The notes beneath the pieces were generated by a model. That model did no database searches. It was not told where the DNA came from and worked only from the letters and a program-made list of their open reading frames with translations. From positions 14,795-78,794 of the forward strand of contig DDYN01000032.1 in the NCBI GenBank assembly GCA_002347965.1: a DNA stretch of 64,000 nt. The letters run 5' to 3'. The position numbers and the translations under genes were made by a program. The DNA is from Nitrospirae bacterium UBA2233. Its GTDB lineage: Bacteria; UBA2233. Of the stretch, positions 58,963 through 64,000 are shown one piece after another (the stretch's first letter is position 1; each line of letters starts with the position of its first letter).

Positions 58963-59241
58963 ATGGCGACAAGGGTGCCCGTTGCGGTAGCGCTTCGCTA
59001 CGACCCTAAGACAGATACAGCGCCTAGGGTTGTAGCCAAGGGGAAGGGCGCCGTGGCCGAGCGTATCAAGCAAGAGGCCATGGGGCACGACATAAAGATT
59101 GTCGCGCAGCCCTCTGTTGTTCAGGCGCTTTTTAGGCTCATGCTGAATGAAGAGATTCCCAAGGAACTCTACCTTGCCGTAGCGCGCGTGCTTGCCTACA
59201 TCTACGAACAACGCGGGCTTTTGGGCGATCGTGGTGAATAA
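58963..59241 (+). CDS. Stand-alone FlhB C-terminal-like protein (FlhX/YlqH type)
   Basis: AVALRYD..APRVVAKGKG..AERI..EIPKELY.AVARVL. Confidence 0.85.
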   Translation: MATRVPVAVALRYDPKTDTAPRVVAKGKGAVAERIKQEAMGHDIKIVAQPSVVQALFRLMLNEEIPKELYLAVARVLAYIYEQRGLLGDRGE

Positions 59242-60217
59242 GTCAATTTTTGCCGCATTCGTCGTGCTGACCTTCTGGCTAGGGGCCGTAAGCGCGCAAG
59301 AGGCCCAGGGGGAGGAAGGTCGGCTCTTGAAGGCCCTTGAGTACGCGGGCAAAGACCCGCGGGAGGCATTTCTGGAGCTCGAACGCTTAAAGGGCACGCT
59401 CGATGTTTCTAACTCTCCACTCCTAAGACAGACATTGCTTGCGCTCGCAAAATCCTATCCCCTTGAGGCTATGGATTTATTCATAAAATTTGAGCCGGCT
59501 TTAGCCTTGGAGGACGATGCGGCGTTTACGGGAAAAATGGCGGAACTTTTCGAAGCAAACGGGCTTGAACTCAAGGCCATGGAGCTGTACGAGAGGGGGT
59601 ATCGTGCCGGGGTCAACGATGCTCTTGTGCCGCTCGTCAGGCTTCTTGAGGCGAGCGGCAAATGGGATCGAATCATCTCGCTCAAGCAAGAAATTCAGGC
59701 CTACGATAAAGAAGAAGGCCAAAGGGAGCTTTTTGGAGCCCTTGGAAGGGCATATTTGGAGCGAGGAGACCCAAGAGGGGCATTCCCGGAACTTCTAAAG
59801 GCCAGCCCAGCGTTGGATAGCTACTTGAACAGGGGGATAGCCCTTATGGAGTTAGGCCATCCGGATGCCGCGGACGATTCGTTTTCGCTTGCCCTGGATA
59901 TGGCCGTTCGAGGGAACAACACAGAAGGCATCCGTCGCGCAATTTTACTGAAAGCGCAAAACCTCGAGCGAGCCGGACGCTACAAGCAGGCCGCGAGTCA
60001 TTACGGTCTGTTTGTAGAAAAATTTCCAAAAGATCCGTTGTCCGAACGGGTAAGAGTGCGCAGGGGCATTGTCTTGCTTGAAACAGGCCAGGTAGAGCAA
60101 GCCAGCCCTTTATTCTCGGCTCTAGCCAAGAGCAAAGACAAGCAGATTGCCGTAGTCGCGCGGGCATTGCTCGGGTTTGCGGACATTGCACTGAAGAATC
60201 TTCAAGAAGTATATTAG
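59234..60217 (+). CDS. Exported TPR protein
   Basis: Signal peptide (AVSA|QE) and TPR-like helical repeats. Confidence 0.7.
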   Translation: MNKSIFAAFVVLTFWLGAVSAQEAQGEEGRLLKALEYAGKDPREAFLELERLKGTLDVSNSPLLRQTLLALAKSYPLEAMDLFIKFEPALALEDDAAFTGKMAELFEANGLELKAMELYERGYRAGVNDALVPLVRLLEASGKWDRIISLKQEIQAYDKEEGQRELFGALGRAYLERGDPRGAFPELLKASPALDSYLNRGIALMELGHPDAADDSFSLALDMAVRGNNTEGIRRAILLKAQNLERAGRYKQAASHYGLFVEKFPKDPLSERVRVRRGIVLLETGQVEQASPLFSALAKSKDKQIAVVARALLGFADIALKNLQEVY

Positions 60218-60233
60218 GGGCACAGGAGGGCCT

Positions 60234-60656
60234 ATGCCAGCTCGAGGTTTGTTCGACATCCGGTTTACGCTGCTAGAGAAGGTCATGGATTTGAGCTCTT
60301 TTCGCCACGATGCGATCGCTTCCAACTTGTCGAACGCGAACACGCCTGGATACATCGCAAAAGACGTGGCCTTCGAACAAAAGCTTCGGGCGATCTTGGA
60401 CGAGCGCGACTCACCTCCGCTGGCGCTGACCGATCCAAGCCATCTTCCCGTACCCTTTGCCCCTGCCACGTTGGAGCATGCGGATGGAGATACCAGGCCC
60501 ATACTTGACTTGGCGGCAGGAAATGATCTAAACACTGTAGATATCGACCGAGAAACCTCGGAGCTTGCAAAAAACCAGGTTCTCTACCTTGCAAACGGCG
60601 ATATGCTGCGCAGAAAGTTCGCTTACCTCCGTTATAGCATCCAAGAAGGCAGGTAG
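60234..60656 (+). CDS. flgB: Flagellar basal-body rod protein FlgB
   Basis: IASNLSNANTPGY, NTVDIDRE, LAKNQ. Confidence 0.93.
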   Translation: MPARGLFDIRFTLLEKVMDLSSFRHDAIASNLSNANTPGYIAKDVAFEQKLRAILDERDSPPLALTDPSHLPVPFAPATLEHADGDTRPILDLAAGNDLNTVDIDRETSELAKNQVLYLANGDMLRRKFAYLRYSIQEGR

Positions 60657-60724
60657 CCCAAAAATGAACGATTGCGCCGCCTTTCTTGTGCAACACGAGG
60701 CGGATCACTCGAAAAGGAGGACCT

Positions 60725-61165
60725 ATGTCGGTATTTGACGCGTTCAACATCGGGGCTTCAGGCCTTTCGGCCGAGAGGTTCCGGATGAACCTGGTCGCTT
60801 CGAACCTTGCCAACGCGAACGCGACCCGCTCGGAAGAGGGCGGGGCCTACCGAAGAAGGGATGCCGTGTTTTCGGCCCTTCCTTACGGCGAACCGGAAGA
60901 AGGCGCTATTCCTGGAGAACTAGCGAGCCCGTTGGCCAAGGTTGGCGTGGTCGGTGTGGACGTTGACCAAAGAGACCCGAGGCGAATGTACGACCCTGGC
61001 CATCCAGACGCCGATGCCGCTGGGTATGTCTCCTACCCAAACATCAACGTGATTGATGAAATGGTCAACCTCATAAATGCACAGCGCTCTTACGAAGCGA
61101 ACGCCGCGGGGATCGATGCGGCCAAACAGATGGCCTTAAGGGCGCTTGAAATCGGGAGAGGATAA
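60725..61165 (+). CDS. flgC: Flagellar basal-body rod protein FlgC
   Basis: ASNLANA, YDPGHPDA, YPNINV, AQRSYEAN. Confidence 0.96.
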   Translation: MSVFDAFNIGASGLSAERFRMNLVASNLANANATRSEEGGAYRRRDAVFSALPYGEPEEGAIPGELASPLAKVGVVGVDVDQRDPRRMYDPGHPDADAAGYVSYPNINVIDEMVNLINAQRSYEANAAGIDAAKQMALRALEIGRG

Positions 61166-61168
61166 GAA

Positions 61169-61489
61169 ATGGAACCCGCAATCACCCCGCTGGCGGCATA
61201 CTATGCCGAGAAGGTGGCCGGCATCGTCGCCGGGCCGTCGGCTCAGCCGGGGCAAAAAGCAGACCCGGCCGAATCGTTTTTCTCGATGCTCAACAAGGCG
61301 ATGAACCAAGTCAATAACGACAAGCTCCAAGCCGAGAAGAGCGCCGAAGAGCTCTCTTTGGGTAGGAGCCGGGACGTCCATTCTACAATCATCGCGATGG
61401 AAAGGGCCGATACGGAGTTTAGACTGCTTCAGCAGGTGCGCAACAAGCTCCTGGATGGTTACAACGAGCTCTTTAGGATGTCCGTCTAA
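61169..61489 (+). CDS. fliE: Flagellar hook-basal body protein FliE
   Basis: DVH..IAMERA...QVRNKLLDGYNELFRMSV. Confidence 0.92.
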   Translation: MEPAITPLAAYYAEKVAGIVAGPSAQPGQKADPAESFFSMLNKAMNQVNNDKLQAEKSAEELSLGRSRDVHSTIIAMERADTEFRLLQQVRNKLLDGYNELFRMSV

Positions 61490-61491
61490 GC

Positions 61492-63180
61492 ATGAATGCA
61501 TGGCTCAAGCGCGTCCTTGAGGGCGCAAGGGAGCTTTTTGGACGCTTGAGCCCCCTGCAAAAGGGCTTGAGTCTTGCAGGTTTAGGCCTTTTGCTTGCGC
61601 TGGCGCTGTTTTTCGCGTTTCGAGGGACCGAGCCGATGTATGCCCCTTTGTACAAAGGGCTTGCATCCTCCGATAGGGAAGCCGTTCTGGTTCAACTCGA
61701 AGAAAAAAAGGTTCCCTACAGGGTCCAGGGCGAAACCAAAGAGATTTGGGTTCCAGCGGAGCAGGTGCGTGCCCTGAGGGCCGATTTGGCCAGCAAGGGC
61801 TTGCCGAAGGCGCTCCCTGTCGGGTTTGAGCTGTTCGATCAAACCCGGGTGGGGATTACAGAGTTTACCCAGAGGGTAAACCTCTTAAGGGCCCTTCAAG
61901 GGGAGCTGGAGCGCACCATCGAGACGATTGATGGCGTGGAACAGGCGAGGGTGCATCTCGTCCTCCCTGACGAGACGCTTTTTGTGGAAGACGAAAAGCC
62001 TGCAAGCGCCTCTGTGGTCCTTAAGCTCAAAAGGGGGATAGATCTGGCCCCGGAGCAGGTCAAAGGGGTTTCTTTCCTCATGTCTCGTGCGGTCAAGGGG
62101 CTGGACCCAAAGAGTGTTACGATCGTGGACGAACGGGGCAAAGTTCTAACCTTCGAAGAGGACGAAAGCGCTGGGATAGCAAAGCTTACGAACACCCAGT
62201 TTCAGATTAAGCGGGCCTTTGAAGGGGAACTCGAGCGCAAGCTTCTTCAGATGCTCACTCCGGTTGTCGGAAGACGCAAGGTGCTCGTTTCTGCATCCGC
62301 CATGCTCGATTTCTCGAAGGCGGAGCATACTCAGGAAACGTACGACCCGGACGCAACGGCGGTCCGCTCCGAAGAGCGCGAAAGAGAGTCGGAGGTGGGG
62401 CTGGGGCCTACACCCCCTATCGGTGTGCCCGGCGTCATGACGAACGTCCCCGCTGCCGGGGGCCAGCAGCCTGCCCAACAGCAGGCGACGAATCAGCGCT
62501 CGAAATCGCACGACATCACAAACTACGAAGTGAGCAAACTGATTCGGCATGTCGTGGAACCCTACGGGGTCATCCGAAGGCTTACCGTTGGTGTGCTTTT
62601 GGACGGGAAGCGTCAAAACGGTCGCTATATCCCCCTGAACACTCAAGATCTGGCCAAGATTGACAGCTTGGTACGGGGGGCCATAGGTTACGATGAAAAC
62701 CGAGGCGATCAAATCCGTGTGGTCAACATTCCGTTTGCCGAGGAAGGGGTTATGAACGAAAGGGAGCTTGCCCTCGAGATGGCCCGTCATGAGTTTTGGG
62801 TCAGCATGTTTAAACTAGGGATCGTCGCGCTTGGGCTGGTCCTGCTCGTATTTTTTGTGGTGCGTCCGGTACTGAGCTTTTTCTTCCCTCGAAGGCCAGC
62901 TGAAGCAAAAGAGGGTGCAGCTTCGGAAGCAGGAGCGCTCCCCGAAGAAGGGCTGAACGCCGAAATGCGTGGGCCCATCTTTCCCGAAGAAGGGGAGGGA
63001 ATGCTTTTACAGGCGAAACCTCCGTCAGAGAAGAATAAAGCGAAGTATTTCGACAGAATCCTGAGAGCCAGCGGAGAGAACCCGAAAGTTCTCTCAAAGG
63101 CCCTAGAGATGCTTATTAAGGAGCAAGAGGCCAAAAGGTCCCCCTCATCACCAGCCGAGGTTGAGGCCGGGCAAGGTTAA
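61492..63180 (+). CDS. fliF: Flagellar M-ring protein FliF
   Basis: GFELFD, RALQGELERTI, ARVHLVLP, SASV, NYEV; two TM helices. Confidence 0.95.
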   Translation: MNAWLKRVLEGARELFGRLSPLQKGLSLAGLGLLLALALFFAFRGTEPMYAPLYKGLASSDREAVLVQLEEKKVPYRVQGETKEIWVPAEQVRALRADLASKGLPKALPVGFELFDQTRVGITEFTQRVNLLRALQGELERTIETIDGVEQARVHLVLPDETLFVEDEKPASASVVLKLKRGIDLAPEQVKGVSFLMSRAVKGLDPKSVTIVDERGKVLTFEEDESAGIAKLTNTQFQIKRAFEGELERKLLQMLTPVVGRRKVLVSASAMLDFSKAEHTQETYDPDATAVRSEERERESEVGLGPTPPIGVPGVMTNVPAAGGQQPAQQQATNQRSKSHDITNYEVSKLIRHVVEPYGVIRRLTVGVLLDGKRQNGRYIPLNTQDLAKIDSLVRGAIGYDENRGDQIRVVNIPFAEEGVMNERELALEMARHEFWVSMFKLGIVALGLVLLVFFVVRPVLSFFFPRRPAEAKEGAASEAGALPEEGLNAEMRGPIFPEEGEGMLLQAKPPSEKNKAKYFDRILRASGENPKVLSKALEMLIKEQEAKRSPSSPAEVEAGQG

Positions 63181-63206
63181 GGCCAAAACAAGGAACAGGT
63201 GTAACG

Positions 63207-64000
63207 ATGGCAGAACCGGCGCAGGAAGATTGGCTAGGGGCACGGCCAGAAGACGAGGCCATGCGTGTGGACGATGTCGTCCGGTTTGGCGAACCTACGG
63301 ACAAAAGCCCGGGCAGGGACGAGAGCACGCACCAGATGCCGCTCGATTCGCTCACAAAGGCGCTAGTGATTTATTCTATCATGCCAAAGGACGTGGTTGC
63401 GGCCGTCTCTCAAAGCCTAAGCCCGGAAACGCTCGAAACCTTGCTTAAGGCGAAGTCGGAAAGACGAATCGAAGGCTTCAGCGAGGATACGGTCACGATC
63501 GTCGTGGACGAGTTTATTCTCTTAATAGGCCATGTCTTGGGCGTCCTTCAAGAAAAAGAAGAAAGGGCTCCCCAAGAAGGCCAAAAACAAGAGGAAGTGC
63601 CTCCTGCCCCCGAAGCCGAAGAACCAGCTCCAACATCTAAAGACTGGTTCTCCTTCCTAGAGCATCTCGACAGAGAATGGCTCTTGGAGCTGCTTATTGG
63701 AGAGAACCCGCAGGTAATCGCCGTCGTTTTGTCCTACGTCAACCGAGAGCATGCCGCCTACGTGTTGTCTCGCTTGGCAGTCGACAAAAGGGCGGAGGTC
63801 GTCGAGAGAATGGTGAGGTTGGGGAATGTCGTTCCGACTGTCCTTGACAGTCTTGAAGGAATCATAAGGGAGCGGCTGAAAGAATTCGTGTACGGTGTTG
63901 TGATAGGCGAAAGGTCGGGCTCCTTAGACCAGGTTGCTCAAATTTTGAACCGGCTCGATGAGCCAGATGTCCGAACGATCCTTCAGAAGATCGGTACGAA
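63207..64000 (+). CDS. fliG: Flagellar motor switch protein FliG (runs off the window)
   Basis: Hand translation from ATG 63207 is open to the end: KALVILLSM, ENPQVIAVVLS, EVVERM, VAQILN. Follows fliF. Confidence 0.85.
   Translation, partial: MAEPAQEDWLGARPEDEAMRVDDVVRFGEPTDKSPGRDESTHQMPLDSLTKALVIYSIMPKDVVAAVSQSLSPETLETLLKAKSERRIEGFSEDTVTIVVDEFILLIGHVLGVLQEKEERAPQEGQKQEEVPPAPEAEEPAPTSKDWFSFLEHLDREWLLELLIGENPQVIAVVLSYVNREHAAYVLSRLAVDKRAEVVERMVRLGNVVPTVLDSLEGIIRERLKEFVYGVVIGERSGSLDQVAQILNRLDEPDVRTILQKIGT

Overview
Gene-dense bacterial chromosomal window with moderately high GC, no CRISPR array, and no transposase or prophage. The order topA-trmFO-xerC-hslVU-argBDFGH-lipoprotein-lysA-dapFAB-dapL-folK and the phoH-pgpH-ybeY-corC-lnt operon resemble former Deltaproteobacteria (inference). 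Core parts: tamAB-mscS (1-7 kb); the phoH operon and tRNA-His (7-13.4 kb); the topA-lipA superoperon (31.6-53 kb); sod, polX, cpoB and a ferredoxin; and the start of a flagellar basal-body operon (flgBC-fliEFG) preceded by a degenerate GGDEF protein. The accessory block at 13.5-31.5 kb is devoted to peptide/amide chemistry. It holds (i) NifU-domain, circularly permuted ATP-grasp, alpha-E, transglutaminase and an active/inactive M14 pair; (ii) an Opp transporter with fused OppC-OppD; (iii) the best candidate for an undescribed system. That operon encodes two secreted C45-like Ntn hydrolases, two RimJ/RimL-like GNATs, a radical-SAM relic (RRE-like N-terminus, SPASM-like Cys motif, no CxxxCxxC) fused to a third GNAT, and an orphan FliS-like protein. 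All calls come from motif reading; no database search was run.
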